Positions 1 to 9,054 of a stretch of DNA of 64,000 bases are shown here, one piece after another. Position numbers and translations under genes: made by a program. The notes beneath the pieces are model-generated. The model worked only from the letters and a program-made list of their open reading frames with translations. It searched no databases and was not told the origin of the DNA. The first letter of the stretch is position 1; each line of letters opens with the position of its first letter. Origin of the DNA: Spirochaetota bacterium (GTDB taxonomy: Bacteria; Spirochaetota; UBA12135; COTS27; CBDBHE01); NCBI GenBank assembly GCA_965205605.1, contig CBDBHE010000007.1, forward strand, positions 448,001 through 512,000, written 5' to 3'.

Positions 1-356
1 ATGATTTCCCCAAAGCCTAAAGTAATCATTGTAAAGTAATAGCCACTTAGTTTTAAAGTTGGTAGTCCTATGAAAATTGAAACCAAAGCCCCTACTACAA
101 AAGTCAAACAAAACGCATCGATAAAAGAAAACCCAAAGCGAATTTGTAAAATCGTCACCCCATAAGCCCCTATGGCAATAAAAGCCCCATGGCCTAAAGA
201 AACTAAAGCTGCCCTACCTACTAAAATAAAAAGCCCTATTAAAGCAATTGATCTTAAACCCGCAAGCGTGAGCACACTCAGATAATAATCATTAGAAATC
301 ACCAAAGGAAAAATAAAAAAAAACCCTATTAATAGATATTTTAAAAAAAATTTCAA
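1..356 (-). CDS. livM: Branched-chain amino acid ABC transporter permease (LivM-like), 3' part runs off the window
   Basis: Hand translation of the minus strand from TTG at 356 gives ...SLGHGAFIAIGAYG...IGLPTLKLSGYYFTMITLGFGEI, typical LivM motifs; follows livH. Confidence 0.85.
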   Translation of the reverse strand, partial: MKFFLKYLLIGFFFIFPLVISNDYYLSVLTLAGLRSIALIGLFILVGRAALVSLGHGAFIAIGAYGVTILQIRFGFSFIDAFCLTFVVGALVSIFIGLPTLKLSGYYFTMITLGFGEI

Positions 357-387
357 AACAATTACCCTTTCTCAGTTGCCCTTTCTT

Positions 388-1275
388 TTACGAAAATCGA
401 GCAACTTTTCCTTTAAAAATACCAGAAGGAAAGAAAAAAAGACAAAAAATTAAAATTAAAATAGATATCATATCTTTATACGAGGAATCAATTAACCCAA
501 CACTCCCCGATTCCAAAACCCCTATAAAAAGCCCTCCAAAAATAGCTCCTGGAAAACTACCAAGCCCCCCTATAATCGCTGCGGCAAACCCTTTAACACT
601 TAGCGACACTCCCATTTGATAATCTACTAGCGCCAAAGGGGCCATAAACGCTCCTATCAAAGCTGACATCATCGCTGAAATAACAAAAGCAATCACGATC
701 ATTTTATTAACTCCAATCCCCATTATTTTAGCTCCTTCTTTATTATCAAAAAGTGCCAAAAAACTTTTACCAAATAACGTTTGATGAAAAAAAACCCAAA
801 GACTACTTCCCAAAATCAATAGTAAGCCCCAAATAAAAATAAACTGCTCATTAATTCCCAGTCCTTTAATTTCAAAAAAATTCCCTTGTAAAAAATTAGG
901 TAAGGTGTAAATACCCTTGCCCCAAACTAAAATAGCAACTCCTTTAATCATAATCGAAAGACCAATTGTAAGCATTACTTTTTGAAAAACAGATGTCTCT
1001 TCTTCTCGCCTTTGCCCTCTCAAAATAAAAGTACAAACTAAAAATCCCACCAAGCCACAAACTATCATCCCTAAGAAGATGCCCCAAACTAAAGAATGCG
1101 TCCACTGATAAAAACTAATTGTTGAAAGCGCCCCTAGCATAACAAACTCTCCTTGAGCAAAGTTGATGATGCCTGTAGCGTTGTAAATAATATTAAAACT
1201 TAAGCCAACTAAGGCATAAAGAGAACCAATAGCAAGACCTGTGAGTAAGTATTGAAATAGATCAGATAAATACAA
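388..1275 (-). CDS. livH: Branched-chain amino acid ABC transporter permease LivH
   Basis: GLAIGSLYALVGL, INFAQGEFVMLG and KGFAAAIIGGLGS motifs; hydrophobic. Confidence 0.9.
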   Translation of the reverse strand: MYLSDLFQYLLTGLAIGSLYALVGLSFNIIYNATGIINFAQGEFVMLGALSTISFYQWTHSLVWGIFLGMIVCGLVGFLVCTFILRGQRREEETSVFQKVMLTIGLSIMIKGVAILVWGKGIYTLPNFLQGNFFEIKGLGINEQFIFIWGLLLILGSSLWVFFHQTLFGKSFLALFDNKEGAKIMGIGVNKMIVIAFVISAMMSALIGAFMAPLALVDYQMGVSLSVKGFAAAIIGGLGSFPGAIFGGLFIGVLESGSVGLIDSSYKDMISILILIFCLFFFPSGIFKGKVARFS

Positions 1276-1284
1276 ATATTTTTT

Positions 1285-2436
1285 CTAATGATTAATTTTA
1301 AATTGTTGATCTTTTATCACAATCATTTCAAAAGCATGTTCATTAAGACCACTGTGATCTTTTTTGGAAAAATTAAAAATACCCCCAGTGCCAATAAAAG
1401 ACTTTGTTTGTTCTAAAGTATCTCTTACTTGTTTTCGGGTAGTGGCTCCTTTTTTAAGCGCCCGAACAAATAAAGAAAAAGCATCATACGCATGTCCGCC
1501 AAAAGTAGAAACTTTTTCCCCATATTCACTTTCATACAAATCTCGATAAGATTTTAAAACCTCAAACTGAGCATGAGAAGCCCCTAAGTGATCGACAATT
1601 AAAAGACGTCCACCAGGTAATAAAATACCTTCTGCAGAAGAACCACTAGAATGAATATACTTTATATTAGCATACCCATGACTTTGATAAAGAGGAATAT
1701 CAATACCAAGAGTTTTCATATTTTTAGAAACAATTGATTGAGCGGGAACAATAGACCAATTAATAATGGTATGTGGATTAGATCTTCTAATTTTAGTGAG
1801 CTGAGCGGTCATATCAATATCGGTTGGTAAGTAGGTCTCATCAGCAACTAAATTCAACCCATATTGTTTGATTAAAGTTTTTAAATGCCGGCGACCATCT
1901 TCTCCAAAGTCGGTTTTGCCTGAGAGAATGGCAATCTTGTTATATTTTTTTTTTTGATGATCTTTTAAAATTTTTTTGGCAGCATCAATTGATTTTGGAG
2001 CAACTGTAAAAACCCACTTTTTTGTTTGACCGGTCTGTTTGTTTTTAATAATACCTTCAGCAGATGCACAAGAGATCATTGCAATTTCATTCTCTGCTGC
2101 CACAACAGACATCGCAATACTAGTCCCACTTCGAGAGCCACCAATAATGCCCAAAACATGCTCCTTGGCCACTAATTTTTTAATCGCATTAATTGCTTTG
2201 GTCGGAATCCCTTCTGAGTTTTCAATTAAAATTTTAATCCTTTTTCCTTTAATCCCCCCCTCTTCATTGATTTTCTTTTCCAACAACCGAAGTGTCTTTT
2301 TCTCTGGTGTCCCAAGCCAAGCTGCAGGACCACTTATCGATAAAACAGCTCCTAAATAAAAAATTTCTTTTTTAGCAGATTGACAAGAGATAAAAAAAAA
2401 TAAAATAAATACGTATTTTAAATAAGACAATGGCAT
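1285..2436 (-). CDS. ABC transporter substrate-binding lipoprotein (LivK/LivJ family)
   Basis: Lipobox-like FISC; LSISGPAAWLG, INEEGGIKG and AYDA motifs; upstream of livH/livM. Confidence 0.88.
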   Translation of the reverse strand: MPLSYLKYVFILFFFISCQSAKKEIFYLGAVLSISGPAAWLGTPEKKTLRLLEKKINEEGGIKGKRIKILIENSEGIPTKAINAIKKLVAKEHVLGIIGGSRSGTSIAMSVVAAENEIAMISCASAEGIIKNKQTGQTKKWVFTVAPKSIDAAKKILKDHQKKKYNKIAILSGKTDFGEDGRRHLKTLIKQYGLNLVADETYLPTDIDMTAQLTKIRRSNPHTIINWSIVPAQSIVSKNMKTLGIDIPLYQSHGYANIKYIHSSGSSAEGILLPGGRLLIVDHLGASHAQFEVLKSYRDLYESEYGEKVSTFGGHAYDAFSLFVRALKKGATTRKQVRDTLEQTKSFIGTGGIFNFSKKDHSGLNEHAFEMIVIKDQQFKINH

Positions 2437-2529
2437 AAGATTTCCTTTAAAATTCTCTTTTTATTTTTTGAAAAAATTAATTTCAACATTGTATAATGAA
2501 AATTTAAAAAATTTACCTTTTCAAATAAA

Positions 2530-3222
2530 ATGAGTTTCAATAACAATAAAAATAAAGTATTTAAATTTTTAAAAAAAAAACTTTATTATCTTATTACCCT
2601 ATTAGCAATCTTAGTTTTAGAAGGCTACCTCTTATTAGTTTTTTTTCAAGATCAAGTCACTCACTTGTCAAAATCAATTTATGTTGAAAAAAAAATTGAA
2701 AGCTATTTTAAAGAAATTAGCTCTTTTAATCATTGGAGCAATTGGTACCCTCCTTTAAAAAAAACTAAAAAAATTACTTTTTTTGAACCATCTATTATCG
2801 GACAAGGGGGTTATTGGAAGTCTCAAGAAAAAAAAGAACTTCTTAAATTTACTCGAGTTTTAAGTAACCAATATATTGAAATGTTGCACTTATTTCCAAA
2901 AATGAAAAACCAAGTTTGGGAATCACTTGCTTTCTCTAAAATTAAAGCAAATAAAATCACCTGGGAAGTCCACTACCAGCACCCTCTTTCTTCAAAATGG
3001 CTTTTACAAACGAAGCAAGAGAAAAAACAACTTGAAAAATATCTCAATAGTTCTATCAACTCTCTTTCTACGATCAAAATAAAAGAAATCCCCCCCCCTC
3101 CCCCTTTGGAATCAAAAAAAACCAAAGTGGACTCAAAAAAGCCCAAAGTAAAAATTTCACCCCCCCTTCCAAAAAAAACCAATCAAAAAAAAACCAATCA
3201 AAAACCTTTTTTATTTTTTTAA
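2530..3222 (+). CDS. Membrane-anchored protein with possible SRPBCC/START-like domain and Pro/Lys-rich tail
   Basis: N-terminal TM helix; FNHWSNWYPP resembles the SRPBCC 'W.xW.P' motif; C-terminal PPPPP and KKTNQ x2. Confidence 0.45.
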   Translation: MSFNNNKNKVFKFLKKKLYYLITLLAILVLEGYLLLVFFQDQVTHLSKSIYVEKKIESYFKEISSFNHWSNWYPPLKKTKKITFFEPSIIGQGGYWKSQEKKELLKFTRVLSNQYIEMLHLFPKMKNQVWESLAFSKIKANKITWEVHYQHPLSSKWLLQTKQEKKQLEKYLNSSINSLSTIKIKEIPPPPPLESKKTKVDSKKPKVKISPPLPKKTNQKKTNQKPFLFF

Positions 3223-3267
3223 TTTTTTTCTCCCTTTCAAAGCTTTTTTTCTCATAATAGTTTTATA

Positions 3268-4878
3268 TTGAAAGTTTTAATTGCCGAAGATAATCTTATT
3301 TCTCAAAAAATTCTCATTAGAAATTTAAAAAACCTTCAAATGAAACCCATTGTTCTCACTAATGGGATGAAAATTTATGAAAAATATAAAGAAGATAAAG
3401 AAATTAATTTTCTAATTTTAAACTGGTATATTCCTTTTTTAGAAGGGCCTTTGCTTTGTGAAAAAATTCGCAAATTAAAAACTAAAAATCGTCTAAGACC
3501 TTATATTATTATACTCACTTCTTGTAACTCAAAAAAAGAACTCATTTACGGCCTTAAATCAGGAGCCGATGACTTTATTAGCAAACCTTTTGACAAAGAA
3601 ATTTTTCTTGTCAGAGTCAATGCAGGAAAAAAAATTATCGAAGCTCAACATGATCATAAAACAGCTATAAATAAGCTTCAAGGACAATGTCAAAGACAAA
3701 TCGAAGATCTTAAATACGCTCAAATTCTTCAAAAAAATTTAAACACAATAAAACTCCCCTTACTTAAAACCATTGGAATTGAAAGCCTCTTTATGCCAAG
3801 TGATAAGCTTGCAGGTGATTTTTTTGCTATTCAAGTTAATCCTAAAGGACTTATTATTTTTATTGCTGACTATTCAGGTCATGGGATTAAAGTAGCAATG
3901 AGTGCTGCCATCTGTAAATCAGTCGCCGATCGTTATATGCATCTACTCCATCAAGGAAATATCGCTTCTTTTTTTTACGTCTTTAACAATGACCTTGTCA
4001 AATACATTAGAGATTTAGGTGAGTTTTGCACTGTGTTTACTTGTTTTATTGATTTACAAACCGACTTAATGCATTATTGCAATGCCAATCATCCTCTTCC
4101 TTTATTTTCAAGAAAAAAAAAATTATTAAAATATGAATCCACTCAAAATTTCTTTTTAGGATACGAAGAAAATACAAAATTTACGGTTAAAACCATTAAA
4201 CTAACCCAAAATGATAAAATTCTCTTTTATTCAGATGCTGCTTGTGAAATCATTAAAGAGGATGCCATTGTTTTTGATAAAAAAAAATTGGAAAAAACCT
4301 TTCTTTCTCTTATAAAAAAAAACTCTCCTAAGATATTAAAAGGACTTATAAAAAAATTAAAAAAAACAAATGGCTCTCTTCCTTTAACAGATGATTGTAC
4401 ACTTATTTTAATTCACAAAATGAACCCTTACAAAAAAACAAAAAGATACAACAAGTTTCAACAGCTTGACCCTGCCATTAAAGAATTAAAATTAGAGCTC
4501 ACCTCAAGAAATTACTCAGAAGATGAAATAGGAAAAATTATTACCTCCTATAATGAACTCTTCCTCAATGCTATCCAACACGGTAATCACTACGATCCTA
4601 ATAAAAAAATCACTATCCAATACCATATCGATTTTCAACAATGCCTCCTCATCGTTACCGATGAAGGACCAGGCTTTGATCTCAATCAAGTAAAAGATCC
4701 AACCGACCCCAAAATGATAGAAAAATTAATCCAATTAGAAGACATTGAAAATCTTTCTCGCGGTAGAGGCATCTGGATGATCAAAAAATACGCCACTTCT
4801 TTCTCCTTTAATAAAAAAGGAAATAAAGCCACCTTTCTTTTAAAAAGAAACGAAGATGAAACAAGCTTTCTATATTAA
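3268..4878 (+). CDS. REC - PP2C (SpoIIE/RsbU) phosphatase - HATPase (RsbW-like anti-sigma kinase) fusion
   Basis: REC: LIAED...ILTS...SKPF; PP2C: LAGDFF, IADYSGHG, YSD, DDCTL; HATPase: ELFLNAIQHG, DEGPGFD, GRG. Confidence 0.88.
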   Translation: MKVLIAEDNLISQKILIRNLKNLQMKPIVLTNGMKIYEKYKEDKEINFLILNWYIPFLEGPLLCEKIRKLKTKNRLRPYIIILTSCNSKKELIYGLKSGADDFISKPFDKEIFLVRVNAGKKIIEAQHDHKTAINKLQGQCQRQIEDLKYAQILQKNLNTIKLPLLKTIGIESLFMPSDKLAGDFFAIQVNPKGLIIFIADYSGHGIKVAMSAAICKSVADRYMHLLHQGNIASFFYVFNNDLVKYIRDLGEFCTVFTCFIDLQTDLMHYCNANHPLPLFSRKKKLLKYESTQNFFLGYEENTKFTVKTIKLTQNDKILFYSDAACEIIKEDAIVFDKKKLEKTFLSLIKKNSPKILKGLIKKLKKTNGSLPLTDDCTLILIHKMNPYKKTKRYNKFQQLDPAIKELKLELTSRNYSEDEIGKIITSYNELFLNAIQHGNHYDPNKKITIQYHIDFQQCLLIVTDEGPGFDLNQVKDPTDPKMIEKLIQLEDIENLSRGRGIWMIKKYATSFSFNKKGNKATFLLKRNEDETSFLY

Positions 4879-5210
4879 TTTAACTGAGTTTTAAGAAACA
4901 AGATCGCTTCTTGTAACTCTTTGGAGATTTGATTAAAATAAACCGTAATTTTTCCTTCATTTTTCTCTTTACAAAAATCTGAAAAAGCACAACATGCTTT
5001 CAATAAATCTTTTTGATCAAAGTGACCAACCAATCCTTTAAGTTTGTGAGCTTCCATACTTAAACTATCAAAGTTTTTGTTTTTAATAAATTTTTCGATT
5101 AACTTTAAAGCATGCGTTGTTTCTACAATAAAATCATTTATAAGTTCGCGTAATAATTCCTTGTCATTGTCAATGTTTTCTAACAAAAAATTCAAATTCA
5201 AGCTTTTCAT
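4875..5210 (-). CDS. Stand-alone Hpt (histidine phosphotransfer) domain protein
   Basis: AHKLKG Hpt motif, all-helical; ATG 5210 (MKSLNL) preferred over the ORF-track TTG at 5315. Confidence 0.85.
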   Translation of the reverse strand: MKSLNLNFLLENIDNDKELLRELINDFIVETTHALKLIEKFIKNKNFDSLSMEAHKLKGLVGHFDQKDLLKACCAFSDFCKEKNEGKITVYFNQISKELQEAILFLKTQLN

Positions 5211-5324
5211 TTCACTGACCAATATAATCTTATAATCCAATATTTTGAAAAAAAAAAAAAAATTAAACACTCTCACTTTTTTATCTATAATTAGTATTAA
5301 GTAAAATAAGGACAATCTTTTATT

Positions 5325-5642
5325 ATGTTTATATTAGACAAATCAACCAATGAAAAAACAATGATTTTAATTAATCAAACCTCTATTTATGGAGAAGATT
5401 CTATTAAATTTAAAGAATTTATAAAAGAAAAATTAAATCAAAAAATTGATGATATCCATTTAGACTTAGGAAAAGTTAAGTACATTGATAGCACTACAAT
5501 TGGTAGTTTGCTATACTTTATTCAAATCTTAAAAAAAAAAAAAAAAAAAATTCATATCGATAAAATTACAGATGAACTAAAAGAACTCTTAGAAGATCTA
5601 ATGTTAGGAAAATATATTCATATTAATATAAAGAAAGGCTAA
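5325..5642 (+). CDS. STAS-domain anti-sigma factor antagonist (RsbV/SpoIIAA-like)
   Basis: LDLGKVKYIDSTTIG with the phosphorylatable Ser; 105 aa. Confidence 0.85.
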   Translation: MFILDKSTNEKTMILINQTSIYGEDSIKFKEFIKEKLNQKIDDIHLDLGKVKYIDSTTIGSLLYFIQILKKKKKKIHIDKITDELKELLEDLMLGKYIHINIKKG

Positions 5643-6289
5643 GCTTTTTTTAATTGTAAAATCGTTTCTTCAAAATAAGGTTGCTTATAAAGAAAATTTC
5701 CTACAACGGCAATATCCACTCCTGCTTTTTTAATTTCATGAATATTATCCCCATTGACTCCCCCATCAATTTCTAAATCAATTTCATACCCTCCTTTGTT
5801 AATTTTTTCCCTCACCAAACAAGCTTTCTCTAAAACAGCCTCAATAAATTTTTGACCTGAAAATCCAGGATACACACTCATTAAAAGCACCTGATCTAAA
5901 AAAGGAAAATAATCCTCAATCCCCTCAATACTCGTATCAGGGTTATACACCAAACAAGCTTTCTTCCCTTCGTTTTTAATCTCTTGAAGTAATTGTTTAA
6001 TATCATCTTGTACTTCAATATGCACACTAATAATATCCGAACCTGCTTCAATAAATTTTTTTAAATACTTCCTAGGATTTGATATCATCAAATGAGTATC
6101 AAAAAATTTTTTCGTATATTTTCGAATGGATTCTACCACCAAAGGGCCAATTGTAAGATTTGAAACAAAATGACCATCCATCACATCAATATGAATCAAA
6201 TCAGCACTACTTTGATCTAAACGAATAATCTCTTCTTTTAAAATAGAAAAATCAGCACATAAAATAGAAGGAGCTATTTTTAACATCAA
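5639..6289 (-). CDS. rpe: Ribulose-phosphate 3-epimerase
   Basis: IAPSIL, HIDVMDGHFV, MSVYPGFSGQKF, IDGGV. Confidence 0.96.
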   Translation of the reverse strand: MMLKIAPSILCADFSILKEEIIRLDQSSADLIHIDVMDGHFVSNLTIGPLVVESIRKYTKKFFDTHLMISNPRKYLKKFIEAGSDIISVHIEVQDDIKQLLQEIKNEGKKACLVYNPDTSIEGIEDYFPFLDQVLLMSVYPGFSGQKFIEAVLEKACLVREKINKGGYEIDLEIDGGVNGDNIHEIKKAGVDIAVVGNFLYKQPYFEETILQLKKA

Positions 6290-6298
6290 TTAATTCTC

Positions 6299-7198
6299 TT
6301 AAACCCTAATCCCTTGATAAAAACTCTCTTCCTCTTTAGATCTTTTTTTCCATCGAGGGTGCATCCAAAAATACTGCTCTGGATATTGTTTGATGATTCC
6401 TTCAAAATAACGATGCAACAATTTTAAATCTGAAACCATCTCTCCTTTAAATTTAATTTCTTCAACAACAACACGATGATTTCCCTTACCATCTCGTAAA
6501 TCATAACAAACAAAAACAGGAGATTTCGTTTTTTGATAAAAAAAAGAAGGCCCTCTCATCGTACTTGCCTCATGTCCAAAAATAGGAATAAACACTCCCC
6601 CCACCGCAGCATTTTGATCAATCATTAATCCCAAAATTTCTTTATTTTTAAGCGCTCTAAAAGAAGGTAAGAGAGATTGCTTTCTTGCAATAAAACAAGC
6701 ATATTCCCTATTTTGATAAAACAACTTATTTAACAACAAATTGTCCAAAGGACGTATAATACAATTCGCTCTAGTAGAAAGCTTATACCCCAAAGCATAC
6801 ACCGGCCAAAACCAATTGCTGAAATGATAACTACAAACAATCGCTCCCTTTTTTTTAAGCGCTTGCTGCAAAAATTCAAATCCATAAAAAGTTGTTTTTT
6901 TAAGAAAAAAATTCGAACTAACCGACTTAAATTTAAAACTCTCAAAAAAAGTCTTCCCTGTCTCTCTAAAAGAACGTAAAACAATTTTTTTTTTCTTTGC
7001 AAAAGAAAGCTGCTCTCCATAAACAATAGAAAGGTTAATAAAACAAACCTTCCTAGCTGAAGCAATTAAATAATAAAAAATAAAACCAAAAAAAGATCCT
7101 AAAACAAGGACCCATTTATGAGAAAGCCTGTTAATAAAAAAACTAAAAAAACGAACAGGTAAATATTCTAAATAAATAATAAATTGACTTTTAGCCAC
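6299..7198 (-). CDS. Lipid A lauroyl/acyltransferase (LpxL/HtrB family)
   Basis: HFSNW, LMIDQ and YPEQYFWMHPRWK motifs. Confidence 0.88.
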   Translation of the reverse strand: MAKSQFIIYLEYLPVRFFSFFINRLSHKWVLVLGSFFGFIFYYLIASARKVCFINLSIVYGEQLSFAKKKKIVLRSFRETGKTFFESFKFKSVSSNFFLKKTTFYGFEFLQQALKKKGAIVCSYHFSNWFWPVYALGYKLSTRANCIIRPLDNLLLNKLFYQNREYACFIARKQSLLPSFRALKNKEILGLMIDQNAAVGGVFIPIFGHEASTMRGPSFFYQKTKSPVFVCYDLRDGKGNHRVVVEEIKFKGEMVSDLKLLHRYFEGIIKQYPEQYFWMHPRWKKRSKEEESFYQGIRV

Positions 7199-7222
7199 TT
7201 ATTGAGTCATAAAATGAATCAT

Positions 7223-7265
7223 AAAAAATCACTTTACACATATTTCTTCTATAAAGTGATTTTTT
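7223..7265. terminator. Inverted repeat, putative intrinsic terminator downstream of the flaA pair
   Basis: AAAAAATCACTTTA-15 nt-TAAAGTGATTTTTT with A/T tails on both sides. Confidence 0.5.
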
Positions 7266-7324
7266 TTTCTTTGATTGTTTTATAAATAAAATTGATCTAT
7301 CTTATTTAATAACGATCGATTTTC

Positions 7325-8071
7325 TTACCAATCATCAACCATATCATCGACATCTCGATTTCTTTCATCTTCAAGAAACATATCCGTTTGAGCTTCTAAT
7401 TGATCTAAGTAAAGATAATACTGACCGACTGTTTCTCTCATATCGCATTCAACATACATCGATGTCACATACAATCCTCTTCTTTTTCCTCTTTTAGAAG
7501 CAAAACGTGGATCACTTTGAACAATAGCTTCTCCAATCTGACCTGTTAATCGATTCCAGCCTGGAAAATTAAGCTTGCGACCTAATCTGATTTTATGTAA
7601 CTGACCTGTGATATCTCTAACAATCGCATACAAAACATGAGAATAATTTCTACCAGCAACCCAAACTGAAAGACTTTTAACAATTCCCGGTACATCTAGC
7701 TCCCTGGGTGGCTTAACTCCAAAAACAGCATTCCCTGTTTTAAAAAAATTAACTCTTGCTCCAAGACTATATTTATTTTTCTCAGGGTCAGCTTTTTTGA
7801 TTTCATCCGGCCCCCCTTCTCTTCTTTGAACAAAAATTAGACCCCAATCACGTGGCATTATCCCAACCCAAGAATCGGCATCTTCAAAATTATCTAACAA
7901 AATACCTCTGATACTTTCAAGACCTTTCTTACTGAGAATCGTCTCCTCCCCTTCTTTATTATTATCCCCCGTTGCTTGTTGATTATTATCTTGTGCTTTA
8001 ACAAAAACAAAAGAACAACTCAATAAGATAAAAAATAAACAAATTCGACTTATTATTTTTTTTACTTTCAC
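7325..8071 (-). CDS. flaA: Periplasmic flagellar filament sheath protein FlaA
   Basis: Signal peptide; LDNFED..W, IVKSLSVWVAGRNY, LNFPGW and YLYLDQL typical of spirochaete FlaA; AGGAGAGG SD. Confidence 0.85.
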   Translation of the reverse strand: MKVKKIISRICLFFILLSCSFVFVKAQDNNQQATGDNNKEGEETILSKKGLESIRGILLDNFEDADSWVGIMPRDWGLIFVQRREGGPDEIKKADPEKNKYSLGARVNFFKTGNAVFGVKPPRELDVPGIVKSLSVWVAGRNYSHVLYAIVRDITGQLHKIRLGRKLNFPGWNRLTGQIGEAIVQSDPRFASKRGKRRGLYVTSMYVECDMRETVGQYYLYLDQLEAQTDMFLEDERNRDVDDMVDDW

Positions 8072-8137
8072 TTTAACCTCTCCTTTAATTCTTCAAAATT
8101 AAAATACTTTTTATAATACCCTTAAAAAAAATTATTC

Positions 8138-8914
8138 TTATTTTTTCTCTTCTTCTTTTTTAAAACCACGTTCTCTATCAAAGAAAACATCCTGCATTTC
8201 AATCCCATCAAATTTACCATCATACAAATCTGTAAAAATTCTAAAATAATCTAAAAAGAAAGAAAAATAATCAACCCGTTCATCTTTTCCAGAATACACT
8301 CGAAATCTTCTAAAAAGAAGCCCCCCTTGTTCCTTAGCAATATACGTCCTTTGCAACGCAATCACCGCTGGAATCTTAACCTTAATGTGTTTCCAACCAA
8401 AGTATCTCAAATTAGAAACCTTAAAGTCATACGCATAACCAGCTTCATTTTCAAGTGTCACATAAAGATCGTAATTATAATTCGCTCCCCACGCCCACAA
8501 ATCTAAAGCCTTTAACTTTCCAGGAAACGCTTTCTTATAATTTGGACTCCCTTCTAAAGGAACAATATCAAACCAATTGTGCCCTTGTCTAGACCAAGAA
8601 GCATTCACTCCAAAAGATTTCTCTGACATTTCTCCAGGAACGTATTTTAAAGGCTTGGGTATGCCATCATAGTATCCCACTTTAAGTTCGTTTTCAAGAA
8701 AATACTTAGAGCCTTTAATTTCAAATTTTTCATTCTCTTCAAAGCTATACCAAACAATGGTTTTCTCATATTCCTTTTGCTCATTTTTCTGAGCAACCAT
8801 TTTTAAATTAATTATCGCTACAATAATTAAAAAAAATTTTATAAATTTTATAAAACAAGTAAAAATATTGTTTTTCATCATTCCCCCTACATTAAGAATT
8901 AATATTTTTTTCAT
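8138..8914 (-). CDS. flaA: Periplasmic flagellar filament sheath protein FlaA (second paralogue)
   Basis: LDLWAWGANYNYDL, LRYFGWK, FFLDYF; true start may be ATG ~8881. Confidence 0.82.
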   Translation of the reverse strand: MKKILILNVGGMMKNNIFTCFIKFIKFFLIIVAIINLKMVAQKNEQKEYEKTIVWYSFEENEKFEIKGSKYFLENELKVGYYDGIPKPLKYVPGEMSEKSFGVNASWSRQGHNWFDIVPLEGSPNYKKAFPGKLKALDLWAWGANYNYDLYVTLENEAGYAYDFKVSNLRYFGWKHIKVKIPAVIALQRTYIAKEQGGLLFRRFRVYSGKDERVDYFSFFLDYFRIFTDLYDGKFDGIEMQDVFFDRERGFKKEEEKK

Positions 8915-8971
8915 TTTTCTAAATAAAAAATCCTAAAAAACATCTCTTTTTGGAGCTTTTTTATAAGGATG

Positions 8972-9001
8972 ATTATAATCTTATTCAGCTACAAGTGTCA
9001 A
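8972..9001 (-). promoter_or_regulatory. sigma70-type promoter of the flaA pair
   Basis: Minus strand TTGACA (9001-8996), 18 bp, TATAAT (8977-8972). Confidence 0.65.
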
Positions 9002-9054
9002 ATTTACTTGAAACTTGCTTAGTTGTAAAACTTATCGGATCATTTTTAAAAAAA

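Noticed and set aside
5211-5315. N-terminal extension of the Hpt ORF
   Set aside because: Low-complexity translation of the divergent promoter region, including poly-T; the domain starts at ATG 5210
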